From NCBI GenBank assembly GCA_051362555.1, contig CM120646.1:10478001-10542000 (forward strand): a stretch of 64,000 bases of DNA. Reading direction: 5' to 3'. Source of the DNA: Lingula anatina (lineage: Eukaryota > Animalia > Brachiopoda). Positions 51,427 through 64,000 of this stretch are shown here, piece by piece (position 1 is the stretch's first letter; every line of letters begins with the position of its first letter). The position numbers and the translations under genes are program-made. The notes under the pieces were generated by a model that did no database searches, was not told the origin of the DNA, and saw only the letters and a list, made by a program, of their open reading frames with translations.

Positions 51427-53528
51427 CGGTAGTAGCAAACGCTTCCGTTCATTCTCAAATGGGTCTTCCTATATGAAACTAGCTGGATGCAAAAGACATA
51501 CTATGTCAGGTTTCAATATGGCCGCTCAATGCCATTATAGACCAGACATTTGCTGTCATCTCGGGTCGGAGGGTTGATTTAAAAAAAGGCCTAATTGAGC
51601 ATAATAAACAGTATGTACCAGGTGCTGTAACCCTTGAGTACAGTTTGGTTAAATGATTTTGAATAGCTGGTTTTGAATGTATTCAATTCAGAAACACGAG
51701 GTAAAATATGTTAGGTCATTTCTTAAAACCTATCTGCAGCCTAAAGATGTATTACATTTTACCATTATCTCGTGCATAGATGAAATTGATTCATCACTGT
51801 ATTTTACATTTTATCAGAACTGTAAATTAAATCTTGTTGAGCCAGTTATCTAATGTACATGTAAAGCCAGCAAATAATATTATTTTATCATTCTCTCTCC
51901 AAGCTGTTGGGTTTTCCCCTTAGTGTAATGTTTAACACAGTATCATTCTTATTAATCATAATTGTGTCTTTTTAGAAAGAATAAAAAAACAGCAATACTT
52001 TGAAAAAATTTATTACAAATAAAGTGTACATCAACTTTATTCTACAAAAAATATCCAAATAAGTTTATTTCAATAAGTTACATAATTATTTTTCTAATTT
52101 TGTATCTATTCAAAATTCAACATGGAATTGCTGCAAATATAAAGCATAGCAATCATTCACAACAAAGTCTGTGTGTGCAAGGGATTGACTGGTATTTCTG
52201 AAACCTCAATACTAAGAATTCAAGACATGATGATGTCCCTTATTTTGAAATACTTTTAGATACCTGATATGTCTACACACAGATGGAAAAAGTCTATTAC
52301 AGAATATAATTCACAAAAAAATTATAAAGAAAAAAGGCAAAATAAAAACAAACCTTCACAATAACGACTTGGAAACCCTGGATGTCAAACAAATTTATCC
52401 ATATAAACTCATTTATTTCTTTTTTGTTATTGTAACCTTCTACTCTTGGGACAAAAATTTTGCATTACTACATCATTACTGGAAAACTACATTATAAAAC
52501 AATAAATAATGTTTCAGAATAAACTGGATCCACAGAAAAAAAAATTCTGGACATATGCAACAGTTAACTGTTTTATCACAACACAGTGTACAGTATAATT
52601 CACACTTCATGAAATTCAAAATGAAGTCACTTTTCTAGCATTCTTTCTAAATTTATATCTGATCAAAAGTCAAGATTGTCAAATATTTGTCTTTTGTTAT
52701 CAAATATTTTGTTAGCCAGCTAACAATTTAAGTATGTAATTATTATAAAAATCATAAATTTGCATTATTTAATAAAGATATTTCTGAGACAGCTCTAGAC
52801 ATCATCTCATAGTGTTTACTATGAATATCATCAACTGGACTGAAATATTGACCACACTTTCATTTTGGTGATAAATCCTAATATAAAATTTTGTTTAAAA
52901 AAACAGAGAAAAGAAGATTTCAAGAATAAAAAAGATATCCCTTTCCTATTGCACAGATCCAGTAAATATAGTAAGTAGAAAGCAAAAAGTAAAAGTTGCA
53001 GTTACATCAGAGCTTGCATTTCTAGTGTGCAAGCTATAATAGACATAATCAGCCTGGTATAAGGTCATTTGCTCTATAAATAGATTTATACACTTACAAT
53101 GAAAAAATAAGAACATTATATTAAATAAAAACTTAGTCTAGTAAAATAGTTACTTCAGTAATATATCTATACCTTCACAGAATGATATTATAAAAAAAAC
53201 AGTATATCTTAATAATATATATTTTAAGCATCTACATGTACATGTACTATATGTGCACATAGCTCCCTTCACCCACATGGAATAATTACAACAACAAAAA
53301 CTTTGCTATCATTTATAAAAAACATATTTTAAAATATTTTTTTACATATTATATCTCATAATTTCTTCAAAGTAAAAGCAATACATGTATTTTACCTTCT
53401 CCGATGAAAAAAAAAATTCATAATTCAGACTGCACAAAAGCATTTACTATGTGCAAAGTATCTAATCCAGTCATTTTTCCTTCACTCCTTTTAAAATGTA
53501 ATGTTATATTATTCAGCTTGTCTTGGTT

Positions 53529-53690
53529 TTATTTTCTTGCAGCACCCTCTTCGTTCACAAGGGCCAAGATAAGCTGACGGTAGTCTCCTGAGATGTCATC
53601 CTACAAAAAAAAAAATAGTTTTCTATTTTTCTACAAACAAATGGTATTTTTTTATCAGACTAAAAGCTTTTTTGAGTTAAAGAGATAGAC

Positions 53691-53741
<51 letters not shown>

Positions 53742-56700
53742 AAGATAGATATAGATAAAGATAATAAAAATATCTCATTAAATGATAAAGTATCATTGTG
53801 TACCATACATAATGATTTAATTTAACAAAAACTGGCCATTAAAGAAAATTATTATTTATATTTTTTCTACTCACAGCAATCCATTTCCCAAGTGACTGGT
53901 TGTACATTGCCATGAAAGCTTCCTTAATCTGGACCATGTCCACCTCACAGCGAGTGACCACTATGCGGACCAAGGCATCATCATCTGTGCCCAGACCTTT
54001 CATTGCTTTGTGGAGCTTCAGCGCAAACATGGCTGGCTTGTTCTTGATGCTTTTGACTGTGGACAAATAAGAAATATTATCCTAATTTTCATTAAAATAA
54101 AGTGATTCATAAATGAGACTTTTTTTAAACAAAAAATAAGGTTATTACTTGGAGGACATATCAAAGGACATCAGTCCCCCTTCTTTATATTGAATAAAAA
54201 AAAAAGAAAACATAAATCAATCTCAAATTTTCATCACACTTTAATGTATATTGAACATTAGACCCTGATATAACAAAAAAAGAAAAAAACACTAGAAATT
54301 TCAACATTTTTCTTCAATTGCCTTCAATGTCCTAGTAAAAACTTGAGAAAATCACGATCTATATCACCATCTTTAAGTTCATATTTATTGTTTGAAATTG
54401 TTGACACCCTCATAATGGAGATGAAACTGGTGAATTATTGAGCTAAATCTATAATCAGAAACTGAGAACTCAAGAACAAGTCAAATAGATTGTAATTTTC
54501 TCAACATTCTGGATAAGGCATATCATACCTTGATGTCTAAAGAAAATTGTTGAAAAAAAAAATGCAAGGGTCTAACACACTGTACCTGTATACCTTTAAC
54601 TTAAAGGTAATATATCAAATTGATACAAAATCTAGCAATTAACCATTACCATGTAATAACAATTTCATGGAATGCCTATATGAAGCTTGATGAAGATTCA
54701 TTTCATAACATAATCAGTAATAAAATAAAAGGCCCCATACCAACTGTCAGCATGCCATTTTTGATATCTCCTGACATTTCACTGCTGATTGATGCCTCAA
54801 TGTCCTTCCCAGCCAATGTTTCATACTCCTCAAATACAGCACGGAGGTGTGCGAAACTGCGTGATACAATGATGACATTAAATCTGGATTCATCCGTGCC
54901 CCATTTCTTTTCTCCTGCTTGATATAATTCCTATTAAAAGTAAAATTCTCAAGTAAATTACCCAATCATTTAAACTTTTAATCATTTAAAATTAATTCAA
55001 TCTTACATTCAGGCTTATAGTTAGTCTCTCATCAACCTACATGTTAACATTTTCTGTTATGTTTCTATTGATAATTATATAACAAGTACCTGTGCATCCT
55101 GCTGGGCTTGAGTCCTGTCAAATGTTGAACTCTCATCTCTGTTCCCTTGTAGCAGTGATACCAGTAGACGCTTGAAATGGCCAGATGTGTCATCCATTAT
55201 GGCCTTCTCCAACTCCTTGTTGAACACTTACAAAATATTAGGAATAAAGGCAGTTAAATAATAATAACCTGCTAGTATGAGTATATTGCTATTGCATTTT
55301 GCTATGAATTTAGGATAGACCTTCAAATTGTATCGATAACAAATTTTATAATAAATAAAGATCCACTCTCTCTGTCATAGCATCTTTTCTTCTCTGTATG
55401 TACTATTTCCTCAATTTAAGCATTTTTTTTTGGGGGGGGGGTGCATTTCTTTTTCTTATAATTCAGTTCAAGATATTTTAGATGTTTTACAACTAATGAT
55501 TTCTCTTTCATCATAAGATGTGTAAAGTCATCAAAAAAAAAAAGGGGAGATCACCCTGAGTTTCACTGGAAACTTAACTGAAGTTTGCTTAAATCAGCAT
55601 GCCTCTGCAGCGATCAGTGAAAATGTATCTCAGGGCGAAGAAGGTGTATCCAAAGGATGAAAATAACCACACTTTGCAACATATCATCTCATACTCACAT
55701 CTCTTGTAGGCCTCTTTGATGGCTGCAATCTGTGCATTGGTCCTGGTACAAATAATCTCTATAAGGCAGTCATCATCTGTGCCCAAGCCCTGTAAAAATA
55801 ATGCACATTGTATATAAATCAACAAAAAAACACAAACTAATTCTGATGAAGGACTGTAAAAAGTATGATTTCCCCTCCCAGTCCCCCAGGTCACCATTAA
55901 GTGTAAAAGTACTAATTAATGAAAAAGGTACTTCATGAAAATATGCCTTATGTTACTTGCTATCCACCCCATCCCCCACTTTTTTAATCCTTGAAACAAA
56001 CCCTGACACATATGACCTCTAAAACACACGGTAACATGGGTGTACACAGAAAACACTCACTTTCACTGCTCTCTGGAGTTCATATGCATCATAATCAGCC
56101 GGGGCCAAACATAGAGCATGAATGGCCTTGTAGAAATTGCCGCTCAGCTCTCCTTTGAATTCGCTGATCAAGTCCTGGAAAGTTGAGATAAAATATGCTC
56201 ACTCCATGTATACATCATACTTTGTTTTGAACTTTAAAATTTCTACCCATTGAACTAAGGAGGAATCAAGTTAGCATGCATATGTTGTACCAGTAAGTTT
56301 ACTAATCATCTTTGAAGTTTTAGCATTTATCATTTAATTCAATGGGGAGAGAGGTTCTTTTGCTGAAGAAGTGGACCTTTTTATTGCATAGTGAGAAATC
56401 ACAAAAAATCAAGATTTAATTTAGATGCAGAGGAGAATTTTCCTTGGCCAAAAGGATGGTTATTTTAAGCTGCCCCTCCCCCCCCCCTTCCCCCACCTAC
56501 AGGCCTTGCCTACCTTCCCAAACATGGTCTTGAACTGTCTGACAATATCCTGGCGCTGAGTGCTGGTCCTGTACCCCATCACCTGGATGATGGCTTTCTC
56601 ATCTGTGCCTGAAACACCATTTAATTATAATGATTATCATGATATTTATATTATAAATGAAGTGTAAACAAGGGCTTATTCAAATATAAATCCCATAATA

Positions 56701-57428
56701 TTATCTGATTAATTATCTTTTACTTCAGACAACCCTCCTCCCCAGCCCCATATGTCAGCGTTTATTAGAAAGAAAGTCCACTCACATGTTTCTTTAAGAA
56801 AAAATACTTCTGAATGGTAAATTAGATACATTATGCTAAAAGTGAAATCAAGAATGAAAGGGCTATTTTGGCTAATAAAAGGAACAAAATGGGTTCAAAA
56901 GTATCTATATCCAGTAAATTGTCAGCCAAACATAGAAAAGGTTGCTAAGTGTATAAGATTTATAAGTAAGACATTTCAGGAAATTGAACTAAATTTAGTG
57001 TTTTATTTTCTCTCTCCAGTGCTATCATCTGCTGCTTATTGTGCTCTACACCCTTACCTAGTCCTTTCATAGCTTTCCTGAGCACTTCACAGTCCTGCTG
57101 AACATTGAAACCTTCATATGGCTTCAGAGTGCCCTCTTGCTACAAAAACAAATATATAGAAACAATAATAATTTTAACTTATGTGCTAAAATATAATATA
57201 GTTACATATTATATACCATACATAAATTTGGATCCACTTTTCTCTTATATTGGCATTTCTTAGGCCAGTTGGCTCTATCTTACTTCTGACATATTTCAGC
57301 ACGCCATAAGATTACGATATTGACCATTGTTAACTTTTTTGGGAAAGGTGACATACATATTATGCTTCCCTCTTCCACTACAATACATCTATATTCTGAA
57401 CTTCTATATATATCACAATTTGCGCGGG

Positions 57429-57466
<38 letters not shown>

Positions 57467-60400
57467 TGTTTGTGACAACACAACACAATTGTCTGAATAT
57501 AGTGCTTATATCAATGTGTTTGCTGAGCAGGAAATCAACAGTGTCAGATACTATGAGAGTTGTACCTCATACTCCTCTGTCTCAAAATAAGGCTCTGGAC
57601 CTTTAGGCTCAGGTTCTGCCTCAGGTTCTGGCTTGGGTTTAAGCTTCATTGGGGGTGGTGCTCCTTCTCCTTTCTTACTGGCCCACTTAGTTGCTGCAGC
57701 TACTGTCTTGGCAGCCTCTGCCGGTTTCTTGGCAGGAGCAGTTTTCTGAGGTGGAGGTTTCTGAGGCTGTTGGGTTTTTGGCTGTTGGGTTTTTGGAACT
57801 GGAGCCGTTTTCTTTTTCTTTGGAACACCATATTTCGCTAAGCTTACTGTCAGAATGTAGCTGTCATCATCTTCTTCAAAGTCTGCGCCTATCACCTATA
57901 TGTACAAAGAGGAAAAGGGTATTTAGCACTAATTATTTGCCTTATCCCTCAGAAATGTACAATTTTCACCTGAAAGTGCACCTGGAAATTTGACATTCAA
58001 CTTAAATGAGATATTACACATTACCTGTCATTTATGACTGACACATTAAATTGTTGCATGAACTTACCAACTGATATTTAAAAAAATACACAAAGCATTG
58101 AACCTAACTCTCACATTCAATTTTGGTAATATATTTGGCCACTTCAGTAACCTTGTAATAGGGGAAAACTGTAATTAACAAAGAAATCACCATTTTCATC
58201 CCTAAAAGGCTATCCAGTCACTTTTTTAGTTTAAACAATACAACAATTAACGAAAACCATGACCAAAACAGTTTTCTTAAGAGCAATCAATGTCATTAAA
58301 ATGTAGAAATAAAACACAAAGAGGTCCATACCCTGCCCATCTTAGGTTCTGCTATAGTTTCCTTGAAATCTGGATTGTTTTTGGCTAATTCTAGGAGATG
58401 GGCATAAATATGCTCAATCTGCTCACGCCAGTTTCCTGGAATAAGTAAAATATCAATACATATAAAATATCTTACAGATTTTCTTTAGTGGACATGATAG
58501 ACTTATCCATTGATATGCTAAATATTATTAGATAAATGCAAAAAGGTATCTTATAACATGTCTCTGTGAAATAATATAATTTGTTACAGTGTATTAATTA
58601 AAACGTACAAAATTTGAAATATTTATCGTTAGACTAGCTCTTTCTCACACACACACGTATGCACACACACATGTGCACACACACACACACACACACTTAC
58701 ACACACACACACACACACACACAACCACACAGTCACACTAACCATTTCCTGGGCTGCAAGGATTAGCATCAGGCACTGTCTTCACAGGGTACTCAATGGC
58801 TGGCTTTGGAGGGGTGGTCTGCAATGCCTGCCTCACTTCTGCTACTGTCTTCTGACGAGTTTCATCCAATTTCTGGGTTAACATCTCAGCTACCATAGGA
58901 CCACGGTTTGGATACAAATTCTGGAAAAAGATTTTAAAGATGTTATCAACAAGATTGATAACTGTATTTTTGGTGTATGCAGGAAGTTGAAAGCAAATGT
59001 GGGAAGGGGGGAGGAGGGCAGGCTGCAATCCAATTATCTATTATATCAAAATTGTGGACTGTTAAATCTTTGCTCCCCCCCCCCCCCAAAAAAAAAAATA
59101 AATAAATGTATATTTCTGGAAATAATTTGACTATCATAAAGTTCTGTTTAAAAATTAACTCAAAATAATAATAATAATTATTATTATAATCATACTAATA
59201 ATAATATACATAAAAAATAAAAAGCTGAGAGTCAAACTATCTCTAATTTCTATACTTACCCCCATCATCTGATTGGTGTAGTAGCCGTACTGGTTCCCAG
59301 TGGATGAGGCCCAGGGGGGTGGTGAGGGGTTGGGTCCTGGCACCCAGGGCCGTGGATTGGCTGCAATATTGGAGGCCTGGTCTGGGGGCACTCCCCATAC
59401 ATTGACCTGCGTTCCGGAGTAGTTGACTGGGTTGAATGGGCCGTCCATGTCTGGCGGGGCTGTATAGAAAAACAGGACTTATGTAACACAAACAAAAAAG
59501 AAATAAATTGACTGAGTGAGGCACTTAATTCAAGATTTCTGATATATAACTTGAATACTTCATAAGCTCTGGTGTTAGTATGTACCTGACACTGGTCTCA
59601 TGTCTCCATTTTCCCATGCTTTTCTTGGAGTGGTTGGCTTTTTATCCTTCTTTTCCTTGTCCTTCTTGTCTTTTTTATCTTTTTTCTGAAAATTCATGAT
59701 CATATGAAATCATTATATATTATAAATTTTTTAAACAAACAAAAAATTACAGCTGAAACATCTTTTAATTATAATAAGCAATACGGCAGGCTGATATACA
59801 GTAAATTTTGTTTTGACTGAAAATATTATTCATAAAAAAAATAGATTGGTTCAGGCTGTATAATTCAAATTTAAGTCAACATAAAAATAAATATTGCCAT
59901 AGTCACTGTCTGTAGTTTCTAGGAATCACCATAAGTATCAGTTTATTCTTTACCCTCTTTAAAGATAAAAATAAATGTCAATAAACATGTATAATATACC
60001 CTTCTTGTTTCCTTTTTGTCAAGATACAAAAAGATTGCATTATTGCTAGCTAAATGAAAAACTAAACCTTCTAGACTAAGTTATACCTTTTTCTTTGGTA
60101 CAGATCTCTCAGTATCTGTTGTCCTATTTGTAAATCTGGAAGTGTCGGTGCTGGTACTGATAATGGTGCTGCTGTCATCAAAATCGCTGTAATCAGATGA
60201 GTCAAAGTCGTCCACTTGGAATGTCTTGGTTACTACTGCACTTTCATGAAGTCCATCCCTGAGAACAAGAAAACAACATTTTTTCATTTCTTCAAAATAG
60301 AATTTCTGTAACAAATCAGCCTTTACAGTTTGGAAAACACACCCAGAAAATGGCTCTGGTGTTAGGGGGCACTTTCTTTTTACCCCAATTGCAAATAAAT

Positions 60401-61536
60401 GCACAGTAAATGGCTAGTGTTGTCTGCGTCAAAGGTTGCATAATTTCATTCAACATAAACCAGAAGTGGTCTAGAAATACTTCAATCACCTGTATTATAA
60501 CAAAAATAAATGACTAATGTTTTAAGGCCAAATGTCAGTTTACTATACAGTAGTGAACCACTACAGATTTATCCTGAATTTAAGAAGAGTAAGACTAAAA
60601 TTTTGGTATTAAAAGTGAAAACAAAATTTGTCTAAAATTCTTTTTTAAAACTGGTCTTTTGGCTTAATAAATAATAATAAAAGCTGCATTTAGAAAAGTC
60701 CAAACAAAATCTGTGTAGTAATAATCCTCCCCACACCCCCCATCCCCCCCACACCCCCCCAAAAAAAAAAAAAAAAAAACACTTGACAACAATTCATACT
60801 TGTGTTATCTCTCTGTCAAACAGTCTACACTTTGATAGTGGTCCAGCTTATAAATGTATTAGGAAGTACCTGTATGTCTGTGTGTTTTCTGTTGAATGGA
60901 AGGGAAAGGGGGGCACAAGACTAGTACCACATGAATTTATATATTTTGGTTTTACCATTGGTTAAATTACTATTCGTACTAATCAGTTCAAAATATATTA
61001 ATTCATCTTGGCAAATAAACAATTTTCTTTTTTCTTCCTTTCTTTTTAAACATTCCTTTCATCTTGTCATTTTATTATTCACAAAACAGTGGTAAGCATA
61101 AGTACTAAGACACAGCTACAAATCAAGTAATGAGTTTTTCTATGCAATATGCATTCAGAATACAAATTGGACCTACCTAGCAATGGCTATGACTTTCAAA
61201 AGTCTCTTTCCTGGTTTGAGAGTAAATGGTCCCCTGTACTTGAATGTTTGTCCCACCGATGACTTCCTCTGAAATGGGTCTGGACGGCTGCCATCTGTTG
61301 TGAAATAAAGTTTGCAACCAGAGGTGGCTGAAAAGAAAGAAAGAAAACCCTTGGTAATGATATTTTGAAAGATCATTATCTGGTTTGTAACAACAGGTGT
61401 AGCACTAAAATAAGTTTAAAGAACTCATAGAAATGACATTATGAAAGATTTATAATTCCAAGTGCCAATTCTGAAAGACTATACATATCAGACTATACAT
61501 ATCAGACTATACATAGTCATTATGACTATTAGGTGT

Positions 61537-61621
<85 letters not shown>

Positions 61622-61735
61622 ACAGCAATTAAGCTCTATACAAGTTGCAATATCTATATGGTTGCTTGGTTTCCCTGGAATGGGGTCCCTCAGTGGGATG
61701 ATGGATGGAATCCCTATAGCACCTGCACTTGGCAT
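53529..61735 (-). CDS. Annexin with DZANK1-like N-terminal half (Ig/Fn3-associated domain, DZANK1 central conserved block, Pro/Lys linker, four annexin repeats); 16 coding exons
   Basis: Phase-compatible GT-AG exons: 61735-61624, 61327-61177, 60258-60087, 59685-59586, 59459-59260, 58920-58743, 58435-58332, 57895-57566, 57139-57058, 56608-56514, 56174-56061, 55789-55699, 55226-55090, 54930-54741, 54056-53875, 53600-53529 (TAA). Annexin motifs: [42 protein letters not shown] and [19 protein letters not shown]1-like motifs: [35 protein letters not shown] and [18 protein letters not shown]...IAEPKMG. Confidence 0.88.
53683..53757. repeat. (GATA)n microsatellite
   Basis: Read directly; last annexin intron. 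Confidence 0.95.
58646..58737. repeat. Imperfect (CA)n microsatellite
   Basis: Read directly; abuts the donor at 58742. Confidence 0.9.
61542..61617. repeat. (GT)n microsatellite
   Basis: Read directly; starts right after the donor of the first coding exon. Confidence 0.95.
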
Positions 61736-62502
61736 CTTGACTGATAAACACGTTTGTTACCTGGACATGGCAATACCTAGGGGAAAATGTTGAAAATTAA
61801 TTGGAAAACTTATGTGATGACAGTGCATTAAAGGAACAGTATTCACTGGCAGGTCCTAGATATTAAAGGAAGAATGTGCCGTGTAGAATCGAAAATGGTG
61901 AGTATTCAGTAAGTAAGTATTCAAGTTTACTGGCATGAAAATTCATGCCTCAGCACTCCTGTTTAACCAGTTAATATAGCCATGAACAGCAGTACATGTA
62001 CTCTCTTGTTTTGCTGTTTATCTTGTATATCCAAATATACACTCAAGCCAAATACTACAATTGTAGCATGCCATACATATTCATGTGTTAGCACTCCTAT
62101 ATAAGTTCTTTGATTTGTACTTACCCTTGTGTTTTATAATGTATTTATAATTTTGCTAGATGTCAAACAGGATTCTCTCAAAGTTGCTTATACTACATTC
62201 CTAACAGAAGGGGCTTCAATACGCAAAAGATGTCATATTACTGGATCTATCAGAAAATGTGTAGAGAGAAAGAAGATCTGAATTAATATATGAATTACAT
62301 TTAAGTGGGCAACGCACTGTATGACAGCTGCATACGAAACCATTGTCTGATTTACATCTAGAGACAGATCTAAAAGGAGACGGAACAACCCCTCAGGAAG
62401 AAAATCATCCCTAAGGTAGCACATTTCAAGTTTTTCAATCATTACTGGGAAGGAAGACCTGGGCTCAGACAGATAAATGATCTTTTCCATCATTGCTACC
62501 CC

Positions 62503-63011
62503 TTGCCTCGGGTTTCAGCCTTACATGCTACACAGGTAAGGCCTCATAACACCCTGTGTTAGAAACTCTCATGACTATTTCACTTATAAATGGAACCAAT
62601 AAGCGCAAACACTACTGCATAGCTGGAATAAAAAGAATAAAACAATATCATTCTGGTTCGTGAACCAATACAACATGCTGGGGTAGCGCTAACACTCGCC
62701 AATTTAGCCAAATGCTAAAACTGATTTAAATTGGCTAAAGAAAAAGGGCCTGATTTGACTTGTTTTAGTCAAATTATAACCATTTTTATTACAAATTGAC
62801 AAAAAAGTGGTGATTTGGCTAAGCCAAAAAAATTGCTAGCGCTACCCCAGAACATGAATTTACTTGTGAGTGATATGCTTCAAACTGTGACAGAGGACAC
62901 ACAGTTAACCCAGGATGTAGATATTTGTAGCCACAAGAGTTTGTAACACATGGTGTTATGAGGCCTTAATCACCTGCATAGCATGTACTTTAAGGCCAAA
63001 AAGTGAGGCAA
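62503..63011. mobile_element. Fold-back element with about 70-bp imperfect TIRs containing a nested MITE (62674-62856)
   Basis: TTGCCTC...AAGGCCTCATAACACC.TGTGTTA.AAACTC is inverted at both ends; inner TIR CTGGGGTAGCGCTA / TAGCGCTACCCCAG. Confidence 0.65.
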
Positions 63012-63384
63012 TCCTCACCCTCGTTGTCTGGTAATCTTAGACACAACAAGTGTTCGTAATCTAAATAAGGAAAAACGTCATTACTTGTTTTCTCATTTGT
63101 CCTGCACGTGTGCAAAAAGTTACTCTGTGCTTGCTGAAATAATAGAAATGAGCCTTTTTTTACAGGTACCGGTAAATTACCGTGTGCTTGGCGCGTGGGA
63201 TTAAAATACTACATTGTAGCACTAGCAGGACAAGAGAAAAGTTTAGTATGTTCAAATGTCACGTTTTTGAAAATAAATTGGGGAACACTTAATCAGTTAG
63301 ACTCAAAATAGTATCTTTTAAGACGTGCAAGTGTAATTCTTCACAAAAACCTAATAATTTTCGTTTCATTTAACAAATTCTTAC

Positions 63385-63526
63385 CTGTTTACGTTTTGTT
63401 TGGGACGGTCACCACGTATAATTCGGGACTTCTGTTGTGAAGAACTACAGGAACCTGCATGACGTCACATCCTATCGGTCGCCATCGTTGAGAAAGGCAA
63501 GAAAGACTTAAATCACACAAGTAAGT
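63385..63526. promoter_or_regulatory. Probable promoter and non-coding first exon of the annexin gene, possibly bidirectional
   Basis: Minus-strand donor CAG|GTAAG near 63384, local CpG enrichment, palindromic CRE TGACGTCA at 63460-63467, and plus-strand donor CAA|GTAAGT at 63521. Confidence 0.4.
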
Positions 63527-64000
63527 ACATCTGTCATCATCGTATCTGTTTCATTGCCAGGATTGATTTCAACGTAACAGTTATGTCGATAGAAGACATG
63601 TGATTGTATTTTTCGAAGTTTTCATACAAGATTAGGGTGTTTTATGTGTAAAAAATGTCTCCAAATTGAAGGCATGACATCTAAACATGCAGGTACATGT
63701 TTACTAATAGTTTTGAGCGGCAACTTGAGCTTTAATCACGAAGAGCCCATGATACGTATTTGCCTTGGCATTCCTTTAAGCTTAAAGCTGTAGTTATTTT
63801 ATGATTGGTGTTTTAATACTGATTTTACGCTAGATCACATAACATATCTAATATAAAGTATTCACTGTGTCTACTTACTGAATTGGTGAGTGATCGCTGT
63901 CTATTGTTATGCTCTTTGATAGAATTGTAGATGGATCGTCAATCTAGACACGTCCGGTACGGAGTGCAGAATATTAGACAATGATCTGTGACCGTTGTGA

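Noticed and set aside
1-64000. Autonomous transposase, Rep/helicase or RT gene, or a U6 snRNA gene next to TUT1
   Set aside because: No ORF or sequence with such motifs was recognisable in the window.

Overview
AT-rich, intron-rich animal genomic DNA, probably a lophotrochozoan such as a mollusc (inferred from gene and repeat style). Three spliced genes lie head-to-tail on the minus strand. (1) 53529-61735 joins DZANK1-type N-terminal and central segments to a complete four-repeat annexin core, with no zinc ribbons or ankyrin repeats. (2) 43470-51426 is a compact, intact TUT1/Star-PAP. (3) 4494-38198 is a very divergent MTPAP/TUT1-family paralogue with a mitochondrial-type leader; it appears to lack the third catalytic Asp and the nucleotide-recognition motif. 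Its introns are inflated by nested non-autonomous transposons: Helentron/HINE-like families A and B carrying 161-bp and 146-bp satellites, a short HINE-like family D, Harbinger-type MITEs and a hAT-like element. A Kolobok-like element sits in a TUT1 intron. Exons were read by hand from splice signals and reading frame, and protein homologies are from memory, not database searches.
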